In this document: positions 9,895 to 21,895 of the stretch, piece after piece
Layout of the letters: every line of letters starts with the position of its first letter
Numbering within the stretch: position 1 is the first letter of the stretch
Assembly (NCBI RefSeq): GCF_006345805.1
Contig: NW_021836394.1
Coordinates: forward strand, 1-24,315
Length of the DNA stretch: 24,315 bases
Direction: 5' to 3'
From: Octopus sinensis
Taxonomy: Eukaryota
The notes under the pieces: model-generated
Database searches by the model: none
The model's input: the letters and a program-made list of their open reading frames with translations, nothing else
What the model was told of the DNA's origin: nothing
Position numbers and translations under genes: made by a program

Positions 9895-10175
9895 ACGTAT
9901 CTAGTGGTGAAGCACATTGCATTTACAATCGTGACATCGTGGTTTCGATTCCCAGACCAGGTGAGGTGTTGTGTCATTGAGTAAAGCACTTCATTTTATA
10001 AGCTCCAGCCCTCTCTCTCCTTGCAACAGGATGACCTTTCGATCAGGCAGGAATGTTGGCCTGCTTGCCTTGCCAGTGGGGCGGCATCATTCGAAACTTA
10101 AAGCAAAAACGATGCAAAGGAGCATTGTGACCAGCGATATATAACAACTTCGGATAGTCTGGTTGATCACGTAAT
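9895..10175 (+). mobile_element. Diverged tRNA-derived SINE (head related to families C/D, distinct tail)
   Basis: CTAGTGGT A-box remnant, GGTTTCGATTCCC B-box, GTGTCATTGAGTAAAGCACTTCATTT central motif like 23170-23215 on the minus strand. Confidence 0.65.
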
Positions 10176-10548
10176 AAATACATACATATAATACATATAA
10201 TACACACACACAAACATTTATATATGAATATAAACGGACACACTATATCGCCACCATCACCATCACAACCGGGACACAAGATATTATTGTATAAAATTAA
10301 TTAATTCTGTGGTCTGTTACGTAAATGTTTTTCATACATTTATTGCGAAATTGAGATTATTGGAAATCTAAATTACATCTCGGTTATCAACAGAAATCCA
10401 GTTACACAAGTACGACACCCAATAAACATAAACTCAATGTGGACAGAATTTAATTTCCTTCAACTGCACAAATACATATTCACTACACACGTCAAGAGGA
10501 CGCTTTTTGGTTAGGAAGACCGCATTGCAACTGCATCGAAGTTAAATA

Positions 10549-10806
<258 letters not shown>

Positions 10807-10809
<3 letters not shown>

Positions 10810-13164
10810 GCTTCTTTATTAGCCACACAGGGCTGCGCACAGACGGGGCAGATTACAAAACAGAGCTTTTCTTTTGGGGGGAGAGAAAAAAAATAAAAGG
10901 GTGGGGTAGGTTTTCGATCAAAAGGGATCGTAAAAGGAAAAAAAAGAAAGAAAAAAAGAAAAAGAAGCAAAAGAAGAAAAAAAGCGATCAATAGTGATCG
11001 TGTATCACAGTGTCATGATGTAAGGTGTAAAGGGGGAAGCAGATAAGGTTTATCCGTGGGAAGAAAAGCCTACGGAAAAGACCACGGTAACCTCGGTCAA
11101 TATTGTTACATGTTACCACATTTGTTTGCAAGTAGGTAACCCTCTGTTTTAAGTTTCCGGGTTCATAGGATTATACTCAAGGTGGCTTCGTCATTCATAC
11201 GTGCCATCCTTGCTACATTCACCCATCTTTTTTTTAAACATTTGCTAGACAAAACTTGCCTCTCTACTCTCACTTTCCTTTTCAAGTGGTACTTGAAGAA
11301 GTTGGTGAGAGATTGACTAGAGAGAAAAGTGTTTGTCTCCAAACCTTTCAGACGCGTCCACCAGATACATTCTTTCGCCATAGCCACAAGGATGATGAAA
11401 AAGCTCTTCCTTCCTGTTTGAAGGAAGTATGTGTGACAATATTGACGATAGACTCGGCTGATAAACCGACTCGTCCCACACGTGACAGCAGTTGTTCGAC
11501 ATAAGCCCACAGGTCGGAAATTGTTGGACACTGCACGAGTGCGTGCAGAACGTTTCGTCCGCTCTGACCGCATCTCGGGCAGGTCGGACCACGTGTTTCT
11601 CGAGCCGTGTCTGTAGAGCTTATGAGCCCTACGGGTAGCGCTTCTCGGTAGCACTGCCAGGCCAGGGATCTCTGGAAGTTGTCCAGGGCCCTGGCCCGAA
11701 AGTCGTCCTGACAGGCGAGTCAAGTATTCCTCGTCGACGTCAGATCGCGCCCCGAGCTCGTCGTCGTACCCCTCCCTCCACTAATCCCCTATAGAATGCT
11801 TGGGTTGTGTTGAAGTCACTCAAGGTCGACCCGGGACGGCATAGTTGCTTGAGAGCAACGCGACACACGCGGTGCCATTCGCCCTTTCTCGGCCTTTTTT
11901 CGATCCACGACTGCAGTTCGGTCATGGAGACGAGTTGCGGGAAAGCGTGCCTCACAAACGGCGACCACACCTGTTCACCGTCGTCTACGTAGAGCCTGAG
12001 ATGTCGCAGTCTCAGCGCGTGTCTGCACATCATCAACCACGGCATGCCCAGTCCTCCTTTTAACGAGTGTTGACAGCAAATAGATCGCCTGACCATCGGG
12101 ACGCATCCTTTCCACAAGAAGCGAAAGAGAATGCGTTCTAGTTTGGTGATGGTAGGGTCGGGACAAGGCACGACGGTCAGGCCGGTAGTAGATGACGGAC
12201 GCGATGTACGTGTTCGCCACCTCCGCCCGACCTTTTAGGGACAGTTTCCTCTTGGCCCATTGCCTGGCGAGAGTGACCACCCTACTCGTTATCTATCGTC
12301 CATTTCTTCTCCATTTGGAGGTTCGGACCAAACCAGACCAGAGCACCAAACGACCCCGGCAACCGGACCGTCGGTCAGCGTCCCACGACGGAGGCGCTGT
12401 GGACGGCATGGGCTGCTTCTCCAGGTGCCGAGTCGCAAGCCCACTGATTTTTCCCGGTTGATTTTCGCTCCTGTCACCGCTTCGTAGTTTTTCAGTGTCT
12501 CGCCGACCTGCTCGATGTGCTCGTGGCTAGACACTATGACGGTAACGTCGTCCGCGTATGCAGACACGCTCGTCCCGCATCCCAATTCTCGCGGGATGCC
12601 CCTCAGAGTTGCCAGCTTCCGCAATAATGGTTCGAGAGTCAATACGTAGAGAAGCGACGAGAGGGGGGGCATCCCTGACGGACTGAACGTGCAATGTCGA
12701 AAGGTTTCGATAGATGTCCATTTACGCGAATTACCGAACGGATGCCTCTGTACAAAGCGGCTATCCAGCCGCGGAAGACGGGACCGAAACCAGCCGCTCT
12801 GAGGACAGCCTCCAAGTATCAATGGTCTACCCTATCGAAAGCTTTCGATTGATCCAAATTGATCAGCGCCCCACCCATGCCAGGTTCCTTAACTACCCTG
12901 TCTATGATGTAGCGCATCAGGTGGAGGTTGTCATAGATGCTCCGGCCTGGCACGGCGAACGTTTGCGCCTTGTCGACCAGTTTCTCGATGACAAGCGCTA
13001 ACCTCTTGGCTAACACCTTGGCCAAAATTTTCAAGTCTGCATTAAGCAGAGTGATGGGCCTAAAGTTATCTATTACATTCCCCTTGTTTAGATCTTTCTT
13101 CAGCAGTGTTACGGCTCCTCGGTTCACAAAACCAGGAATGCTCCCGTTTTGCTGCCAGTTGCGG

Positions 13165-13166
<2 letters not shown>
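10807..13166 (-). mobile_element. Tx1/L1-clade non-LTR retrotransposon, 5'-truncated: RT domain, C-terminal zinc-binding region and 3' UTR; ORF2 pseudogenised
   Basis: NFRPITLLNADLKILAKVLAKRL, QTFAVPGRSIYDN, LDQSKAFDRVDH* (in-frame TGA at 12819-12821), SVRQGCP(+2 shift)LSSLLYVLTLEPL, SAYADDV, TGAKINREKS, LSLKGRAEVAN, GGLGMP, QCPTISDLW. ORF ends at 11163; AATAAA at 10815-10820; no poly(A). Confidence 0.95.
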
Positions 13167-13233
<67 letters not shown>

Positions 13234-13248
13234 GGATAGATAGATAGA
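13165..13248. repeat. (TAGA)n array at the 5' junction of the Tx1 element
   Basis: Read directly. Confidence 0.97.
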
Positions 13249-13713
13249 TCAGAAATTGGCAACTAAAATTGAAAAATTGTGAAACCCTTTGTTTTTACAT
13301 AGGGTATCGAATATTTTCTGACGTTCATTTCTGAGTTGATGGGAAGGATTTGAAGATTTGGTTGTTTTTTCTAGCAGATCGAGCATTTACGCAGAGGCTC
13401 CACTGTTGGTTCAGCAAAGAGAGGGTGACGATTGTGAAGTGTCGAGAGAGAGAGGGAGAGTAGAGGAGTGGGGAGTCTGCTGGAGTGTAGCGTGTGGAGT
13501 TTGAGAGTAGGTAGCGAAGTTGGAAGGATGTTTGAGTGGTGTATGTGGAGGGGGGTGGGATGTTGGATGCGGGTGGTGGATGAAGGTGTAAGGTGATGGT
13601 GGTGGAGGAGGAAGAGGAGGAGGGAAGGTGGGGAGGGGGAAATGTTAGGAAATTTTAATTAACTTCGGTATGACACGTGTCACTCCATACGTAATAAATG
13701 TGTTGCTTGCTTT

Positions 13714-13950
13714 CAACCATCACCATCACCATCATCACCACCATCACCACCCTCACCACCCTCACCACCCTCACCACCATCACCACCATCACCACCATTA
13801 TCACACCTCACTACCATCATCCCCACCGCCACCACCATCGTCACCGTAAACACCATCAACCCATACGTCACCACCACCGCCACCATTACAACCACCACCA
13901 CAACAACAACCACCCCACCACCACCATCACAGACACCCACCCACCAACAA
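13714..13950. repeat. (CAC/CAT)n trinucleotide repeat
   Basis: Read directly; poly-His/Thr ORFs are artefacts. Confidence 0.93.
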
Positions 13951-14374
13951 CAGCAGTAATAACCCTCATTTAATGATATAATTAATAAATTTTTAACTAC
14001 ATAGTAATTAACGTCAGGTGATGGTTGTTGGTTAGGGAGAAATGGCGCGTGAGTGGGATGGATGACGTAGAGGTGGAATGATGAGGGTACGGGTGGGTTG
14101 ATAGGGGGGAGAGATGAAGAGAAGCATGTACCGGGTGGAATGAAAGGGGTAGAGAGAGAGAGAGGAGCGAGGGGAGTATGGAGGTGTAGAGGGTAGAGAG
14201 ATGTGGGTGCAGGATGAAGTGATAAGGGTATATGTCTGTGTGGTAGGTATTCGGGGTGGAGTGATCAGGGTACTTCGTAATCTAGTCACTAACGATGTTA
14301 TTGGTTACACAGAAACCAAAGGACTTTTAATTTACTTTCAAAAATACGTGTGCATAAGTGTGTGTTTGTGTGTG

Positions 14375-14426
14375 TTTATCTATCTGTCTGTCTGTCTGTC
14401 TGTCTGTCTTTCTGTCTGTCTGTCTT

Positions 14427-14461
<35 letters not shown>

Positions 14462-14482
14462 GTCTCTCTCTGTCTGTCTTTC

Positions 14483-14535
<53 letters not shown>

Positions 14536-14556
14536 ATATATATATATATATATATA
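14375..14556. repeat. (TCTG)n(TC)n(TA)n compound microsatellite
   Basis: Read directly. Confidence 0.95.
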
Positions 14557-14819
14557 CTCTTTTATTTTTTACTTGCTTCAGTCATTTGACTGCGGCCATG
14601 CTGGAGCACCGCTTTTAATCGAGCAACTCGACCCCGGGACTTATTCTTTGTAAGCCCAGTAATTATACTATCGGTCTCTTTTGCCGAACCGCTAAGTGAC
14701 GGGGACATAAACACACCAGCATCGGTTGTCAAGCAATGCTAGGGGGACAAACACAGACCACAAACATACCACACACATACACACACACACACACACCCAC
14801 ACACACCACACACATATAT

Positions 14820-14862
<43 letters not shown>

Positions 14863-14994
14863 GACGGGCTTCTTTCAGTTTCCGTATACCAAATCCACTC
14901 ACAAGGCTTTGGTTGGCCCGAGGCTATAGTAGAAGACACTTGCCCAAGGTGCTACGCAGTGGGACTGAACCCGGAACCATGTGGTTGGTAAGCA
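14557..14994 (-). mobile_element. SINE family B copy lacking about 30 bp of the head
   Basis: Aligns to 3250-3653; stops at GGTAAGCA and abuts the tail of the next B copy. Confidence 0.9.
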
Positions 14995-15221
14995 ATGCTT
15001 TTATTCTTTTATTTGTTTCAGTTATTTGACTGCGGCCATGCTAGAGTACCGTCTTTAGTCGAACAAACCAACACCAGGACTTATTCTTTGTAAGTTTATT
15101 ACTTACTCTATCTTTCTCTTTTTGCCGAACCGCTAAGTTACCGAGGCGTAAATACACCAACAGCGGTTGTCAAACGATGGCGGGGGACAAACATAGACAC
15201 ACAAACATATATATATACATA
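14995..15221 (-). mobile_element. SINE family B 3' half, interrupted at its internal TA tract by Tc1
   Basis: TTTCAGTTATTTGACTGCGGCCATGC..GGGGACAAACATAGACACACAAACATATATATATACATA, then the Tc1 TIR. Confidence 0.88.
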
Positions 15222-16311
15222 CAGGGGTTGGACAAAATAATGGAAACACCTTAAAATATCATACAAATTAATTTTGATATGGGGTAGGACCACCTTTGGT
15301 AGTAATTACAGCTTGAATTCTTCGAGGTATGGGCTCGTACAAAATTTGAATTGTTTCTAATGGAATTTTTGTCCATTCTTCAGCTAAAACAGTCTCCAGT
15401 TCTTGTAGTGATGATGGTGGAGGATATCGTCTGTTTACTTGCTTTTCTAAAATGCACCATAAATATTGAGATCTGGGCACTGTAGTGGCCAGATAAGATG
15501 TTCAACTTCACTAGAATGTTCCTCGTGCCATTCAGTAACAAATTGAGCTGTGTGAATTGGTGCATTATTATCCTGAAAGATTGTGTTACCCTCTAGAAAT
15601 TGTCCCGCAACCATAGGATGAATTTGATCAGATAAAATGCTTAAATAGTCTTGCCTATTAATTCTGCCATGACGGGGAACCATTGGGCCGGCGGATTTCC
15701 AAGATATAGCCCCACCCAAGATCATCACAGATCCTCCTCCATGTTTAACAGTTGGAAGAAGGCAGTCTGGGTCAAATGCTTCTTTTGGCTGTCTCAACAC
15801 GTATTCTCTGCCGGTGGTCGGAAATAAGGTAATGGATAACTCGTCCGAGAAAACAACATTCTTTCACTGCTCTAAGGACCAATTCTGTAGGTTTTTACTC
15901 CACTCTAAACTCTTTGCAACGTTTGTTTTGAAAGTAGTGGTTTTATTATTGCAGCTCTCCCATCAAATCCGGCTTTGTGCAGCTCCTGCGAACAATTTTT
16001 GTGGAAACTGGGTTCTCTGCAGTAATTCTGGGAGCTGTATTTTTGTGATCTTTTCTAACAATTCGCGCAAGAGTCCAACGGTCCCTATCTGAAGGTTTTG
16101 GTTTTCTTCTGGAGCTTTGTTTTGACAAACAGGTTTTCCTCTCTTGCTTGTAGCCTGTCATTACTTTCAAGACAGTACTTCTTGATACACAAAACATTTC
16201 GGCTGTTTTCGTTACGCTAAAGCCTGCCATACGAACACCAACAATTTGACCTCTTTGAAAGTCCGATAGATCTGTCATTTTAATGAATTTTAATTACCTT
16301 TTTCTGATGAC
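15222..16311 (-). mobile_element. Tc1-family DNA transposon, transposase pseudogene, only one TIR visible
   Basis: TA then CAGGGGTTGGACAAAATAATGGAAACACC (15222-15250). Transposase MTDLSDFQRGQIVG (HTH)..WSLEQ*KNVVFSDE..TVKHGGGSVM..IFQDNNAPIHT..WPLQCPDLNI/LWCILE..KGGPTPY. TGA at 15864-15866, frameshifts, and the codons carrying the catalytic Glu appear deleted. Confidence 0.93.
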
Positions 16312-16532
16312 ATTGCCCACGGGGGGTTAAACATAGAGAGAACAAACAAGGACAAAGGGATTAAGTCGATTGCATCGACCTCAGTACGTAACTGGAACTT
16401 ATTTAATCAACTCCGAAAGGATGAAAAGTAAAGTCGACCTCGGTAGAATTTGAACTCAGAACGTAACGGCAGACGAAATACCGCTAAGCATTCCCTCCCG
16501 GCGTGCTATCGTTTCTGCCAGCTCGCCGCCTT
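16312..16532 (-). mobile_element. SINE family A, full head, single unit
   Basis: Minus: AAGGCGGCGAGCTGGCAGAAACGATAGCACGCCGG..GAGTTCAAATTCT..GTCGATGCAATCGAC..TGTTTAACCCCCCGTGGGCAAT. Confidence 0.88.
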
Positions 16533-16769
16533 CAACAGACAGACGCAAGAAATAATCAGAAGCCGGAGGTTACCTGTGGTTAACAAGTTAGAATTAATTG
16601 CATGGAAAAAAGTCTTTGTTTCTATTTTATCTTTGTTTGGTGAACCTTCATCATAGATGTCATAAAGCTTCTTTGATTCCAAGGCGCCACGCATACCTCA
16701 GTCAGACATCACGGATAAATAACCGCAGGAAAGTTCCAGAACAACACGCGGAATAAGTTAGGATTGCAC

Positions 16770-18390
16770 GTATGTATGCATGTATGTATGTATGTATGTA
16801 TGTATGTATGTATGTATGTATGCATGTATGTGTGTATGTATGTATGTATGTATGTTTGTATGTATGCATGCATGTATGTATGTATGTTTGTATGTATGTA
16901 TGTATGTATGTATGTATGTATGTATGTTTGTATGTATGTATGTATGTATGTATGTATGTGTATGTTTGTATGTATGTATGCATGTATGTATGTATGTCTG
17001 TATGTATGTATGTATGTATGTATGTATGTATGTATGTATGTATGTATGCATGTATGTGTGTATGTATGTATGTATGTATGTTTGTATGTATGTATGTATG
17101 TATGTATGTATGCATGTATGTATGTATGTATGTATGTATGTATGTATGTATGCATGTATGTATGTATGTATGTATGTATGTACGTATGTATGTATGTATG
17201 CATGTATGTGTGTATGTATGTATGTATGTATGTTTGTATGTATGTATGTATGTATGTATGTATGTTTGTATGTATGTATGCATGTATGTATGTGTGTATG
17301 TGTGTATGTATGTATGTATGTATGTATGCATGCATGTATGTATGTATGTATGTTTGTATGTATGTATGTATGTATGTATGTATGTGTGTATGTATGTATG
17401 TATGTATGTATGCATGTATGTATGTATGTATGTATGTTTGTATGTATGTATGTATGTATGTATGTATGTATGTTTGTATGTATGTATGCATGTATGTATG
17501 TATGTTTGTATGTATGTATGTATGTATGTATGTATGTATGTATGTTTGTATGTATGTATGTATGCATGCATGTGTGTATGTGTGTATGTATGTATGTATG
17601 CATGTATGCATGCATGTATGTATGCATGTATGTATGTATGCATGCATGTGTGTATGTGTGTATGTATGTATGTATGCATGTATGCATGCATGTATGTATG
17701 CATGTATGTATGTATGTATGTATGTATGTATGTATGTATGTATGTATGAATGTATGAATGTATGTATGTATGCATGTATGCATGTATGTATGCATGCATG
17801 CATGCATGTATGTATGTATGTATGTATGTATGTATGTATGTATGTATGTATGTATGTATGTATGTATGTATGCATGTATGTGTGTATGTATGTATGTATG
17901 TTTGTATGTATGTATGTATGTATGTATGTATGTTTGTATGTATGTATGCATGTATGTATGTGTGTATGTGTGTATGTATGTATGTATGTATGTATGCATG
18001 CATGTATGTATGCATGTATGTATGTATGCATGCATGTGTGTATGTGTGTATGTATGTATGTATGCATGTATGCATGCATGTATGCATGCATGTATGTATG
18101 TATGTATGTATGTATGCATGTATGTATGTATGCATGCATGTATGTATGTATGTATGTAAGTATACATACGTATGTATGTATGTATGTATGTATGCATGTA
18201 TGTATGTATGCATGTATGTATGTATGTATATATGTATGTATGTATGTATGTATGCATGTATGTATGTATGCATGCATGCATGTATGTATGTATGCATGTA
18301 TGTATGTATGTATGTATACATGCATGTATGTATGTATGTATGCATGTATGTAATTATGTATGCATGCATGTATGTATGTATGTATGTATA
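16770..18390. repeat. About 1.6-kb (TATG)n tetranucleotide array with CATG/TTTG/TGTG variant units
   Basis: Read directly; the 500+ aa ORFs on both strands arise because the unit has no stop codon in those frames. Confidence 0.98.
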
Positions 18391-18593
18391 TATGCGTGTG
18401 TATTTATATGAGTGTATATATGTGCGTGTGTGTGTATGTGAATGTATGTATATGTATATCTACAGAGAGTGAGACGGCGACACCGAGAGAAATGTATGTA
18501 CGTACATTTATACACACGCATGCACGCGTGCGCCCACGCATATACACACATACACACACACATATCTCTATATGTATATATACATATATATAT

Positions 18594-18798
18594 ACTCTTG
18601 ACTGTGGCCATGCTGGAGCACCGCCTTTAGTCGAGCAAATCGACCCCAGGACTTATTCTTTGTAAGCCTAGTACTTATTTGAAGAACCGCTAAGTTACGG
18701 GGACGTAAACACACTACCATCGGTTGTCAAACGATGTTGGAGGAGGACAAACACAGACACACAAGCACATTAGATATATATATATATATATATATATA

Positions 18799-18843
<45 letters not shown>

Positions 18844-19009
18844 TATATATAATATATATATATATAATATATATATATATACACGGCGGGCTTCTTTCGC
18901 TTCCAAGGATTTGGAAGACACTTGCCCACGGAGCCGCGCAGTGGGACTGAACCCGGTACCATGTGGTTGGTAAGCAAGCCACCCACCATGCAGCCCCACT
19001 CCTACGCCT
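18594..19009 (-). mobile_element. SINE family B copy with internal deletions and a long internal (TA)n
   Basis: Aligns to the other B copies; about 40 bp of the central domain missing near 18900. Confidence 0.88.
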
Positions 19010-19296
19010 ACTAATTATATATATATATATATATAATTTAGTTATAAGCATTCATTAAAATCTAGGCACATTGACACGTACGCTGCCAGAAATGGCTGGT
19101 TTCGAAAGCATAGACCTTGCAGAGAGATAAATAACATTGAATATATGATGTACCGTTAGGATACTGTAGAGATGCAAGCACTAAATCCTATTGAAACCGT
19201 AGATCCGACTGTGGAGTTGGTTCTTGGTGTGGAGGGGTCTAAAAATTAAACACAAATGGTGTTTAGAATTTACAGCAGCTGTTTCGGGAGAGTCTT

Positions 19297-19548
19297 ATGA
19301 ATACATTCTCTTTTACTCTCTTTTACTCTTTTACTTGCTTCAGTCATTTGACTGCGGCCATGCTGGAGCACCGCCTTTAATCGAGCAACTCGACCCCGGG
19401 ACTTATTCTTTGTGAGCCCAGTACTTAGTCTATCGACACTCTTTTGCCGAACCGCTAAGTGACGGGGACATAAACACACCAGCATCGGTTGTCAAGCAAT
19501 GCTAGGGGGACAAACACAAACATACACGCACACGCACACACACACACA

Positions 19549-19610
<62 letters not shown>

Positions 19611-19782
19611 CATATATACGACGGGCTTCTTTCAGTTTCCGCCTACCAAATCCACTCACAAGGCTTTGGTCGGCCCGAGGCTATAGTAGAAGACACTTGC
19701 CCAAGATTCCACGCAGTGGGACTGAACCCGGAACCATGTGGTTGGTAAACAAGCTACTTACCACACAGCCACTCCTGCGCCT
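19297..19782 (-). mobile_element. SINE family B, full length
   Basis: Complete head (AGGCGCAGGAGTGGCTGTGTGG), internal (TA)n(TG)n and (GAGTAAAA)n tail. Confidence 0.93.
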
Positions 19783-20009
19783 AGAAGATTACGTCATAAC
19801 ATATAACCCACCACCCTCATGGGTGTGTGGGTATGTGTGTGCGTATACACAACTATATATTGTAGACTGGATACTAATTTATATGGTCCATACTTGTTGG
19901 CACATGTATGTATATACACCGGAACATATATTCAGACTATATACACACGCCACAGTTGCCCGTAGAGCTGTGACAATGTTTATGCACTTCTTACTAGTAA
20001 CAAACATAT

Positions 20010-20049
20010 TTCACTGAAAAAGATTTCATGAGAGCGAAACATGTCCGAA
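20010..20049 (+). ncRNA. Degenerate minimal type I hammerhead ribozyme motif
   Basis: TTCA-CTGAAAA-AGATTTCATGAGAGC-GAAA-CATGT-C-CGAA. Core 1 mismatch, palindromic stem III ACATGT, canonical GUC triplet, stem I 3 of 4 pairs, stem II imperfect. Confidence 0.5.
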
Positions 20050-20357
20050 GTTATCATCTCACTGTCAACATTAGACTTATATACATTATTATAGTTTTAT
20101 TTAGTTTCATTTAATTAATATTTTAGGGTTGCCTCCTCTGTCGTTCTTGATAAAAACTGATGAGTTCCTTAATGATTTATTTCCTGCCTTATATGTATCT
20201 TCACTTTCATATTTGCCTTTCAAATGCATAACGCTTTGAACCGAAATACAATATGTGCGCCTATATGAGTTTTTATATCAATACATACTGACAAGGAAAA
20301 ATATATACATAAACATACTGTCACGTTAATAGGACCACACAAACTCTTATTTGTATA

Positions 20358-20648
20358 TCTATATATATAAAAGTGAGGTTGTGTGCTGTCTGTCTCCTAC
20401 GATTTAGATTCCTAACTACTCCCACATTTTGTGGTGCAGTTTAACCAAAAGCGAGTATATTATAGTCGTCATTCATATCGAGCCCTTCTGGGTATTAGCG
20501 CGCGTCTACGATGAGTCTACGATTTTAAAAAAAATATACCATCACTTTTTCCCATTTTTTTGCTATTATTTAAGGGAAGTAACTCTCTAAAAATGCTTAT
20601 ATAGTTATTTCCCTTACAAACCCGAGCAACGCCGGGCAATACTGCTAG
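20358..20648 (+). mobile_element. Non-autonomous Helitron (291 bp)
   Basis: A|TC 5' end at 20358; GC-rich hairpin CCCGAGCAACGCCGGG at 20621-20636; CTAG|T 3' end at 20645-20648; no TSD. Confidence 0.85.
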
Positions 20649-20715
20649 TTTATATATATATATCTGTGTGTGTGTGAGTATTTCCATGTGCACGCGCACG
20701 CACACACACGCTATC

Positions 20716-21025
20716 AAATTCCTTATATGGTGCTAATTTCAAAAAGCATCCAAGCAGATGATTCTATTGGAACTCCGTTCATTGGAAAGACAGCTTCAAA
20801 GAGACAAATGAGAATAAGGGGAGGAAACATGCTGAGCTGATGAAGCTATGCCAAAGCAATGGACGGAAAGGGAGCTGCGATCTCATCGAGGTAAGATGCG
20901 GAGGGTTTGCAAGCTAGTCTCTCTGCAGAGTTTACAAAACGCTGGGTATCTCTGGGGCCAGCAGGCTGAAGGCTATCAAGTTGGGTGTTGGAGGCAGCAG
21001 AGCTTGTCCCAATGTTACAGCGGAT
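20716..21025 (+). mobile_element. Restriction-like endonuclease (C-terminal) remnant of an R2/Hero/NeSL-type non-LTR retrotransposon
   Basis: Across shifts: PYMVLISKS.KQMILLEL.VHWKDSFKETNENKGRKHAELMKLCQSNGRKGSCDLIEVRCGGFAS*SLCRVYKTLGISG. Matches the pattern PD.VL....K.V.LLELTVPWE...RK..KY.EL...C...GW.....IEVG.RGF. Confidence 0.75.
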
Positions 21026-21028
21026 CTT

Positions 21029-21433
21029 AAGGCAACGAGCTGGCAGAAGCGTTAGCACGCCGGGCGAAATGCTTAACGGTATTTAGTCTACCGTTACGTT
21101 GTGAGTTCAAATTCCGCCGAGGTCGACTTTGCCTTTCATCGTTTTCGGGGTCGATTAAATAAGTACCAGTTACGCACTGGGGTTGATATAATCGACTTAA
21201 TCCGTTTGTCTGTTCTTCTTGGTCCTCTCTGTGTTTAGCCCCTTGTGGGTAGTAAAGAAATAACTATTTCGTCTGTCTTTATGTTCTGAGTTCAAATTCC
21301 GCCGAAGTTGACTTTGCCTTTCATCCTTTCGCAGTCGATAAATTAAGTACCAGTTACGTACTGGGGTCAATCTAATTGACTGGCCTCCTCCCTCCAAAAA
21401 ATTTCGGGCCTTGTGCCTATAGTAGAAAAGAAT
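21029..21433 (+). mobile_element. SINE family A dimer: full-head unit with tail type 1, then headless unit with tail type 2
   Basis: Unit 1 21029-21262 ends AAAGAAATA. Unit 2 starts ACTATTTCGTCTG (21263) and ends CCTCCAAAAAATTTCGGGCCTTGTGCCTATAGTAGAAAAGAAT. Confidence 0.88.
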
Positions 21434-21443
21434 GCTTCAGTGG

Positions 21444-21516
<73 letters not shown>

Positions 21517-21537
21517 CCTACCTATCTATCTATCTAC

Positions 21538-21591
<54 letters not shown>

Positions 21592-21592
21592 G

Positions 21593-21648
<56 letters not shown>
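21444..21648. repeat. (TCTA)n array
   Basis: Read directly. Confidence 0.98.
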
Positions 21649-21895
21649 CACATCAACACACATACATTTATGTACATATAAACGCGTGCGTGTGTATGTG
21701 TGTGTTTGTATGCGTTCTTCTTAGTGTGTGAATATGTGTGTGCGTCTAACATGCAAGAAGACATCGGATGACTAAGTTAGCGCTTTGAAAATTCAATTGT
21801 ATTTCAAAAGTCATCATAAGCAAATAAGAAAAGCAGAAACATTCAATATTAGTTTCTCTCTCGGGAAAGGAGAGACATGTTTTGTAGAAGGCTTA

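Noticed and set aside
13300-14300. Purine-rich segments (13440-13640, 14030-14270) resembling decayed Penelope sequence
   Set aside because: Only weak motif similarity (TDIYPYHF..HP); low complexity could explain it.
16533-16770. Expected left part and TIR of the Tc1 element
   Set aside because: No reverse complement of the 15222-15250 TIR is present; segment left unassigned.
16702-18472. ORFs of 240-555 aa on both strands
   Set aside because: Translations of the stop-free (TATG)n array (HTYI/MYVC repeats); no coding evidence.
19265-19295. Half hammerhead (minus CTCCCGAAACAGCTG) next to a SINE tail
   Set aside because: The CTGANGA strand and 5' half of stem II are not found on either side of the SINE.
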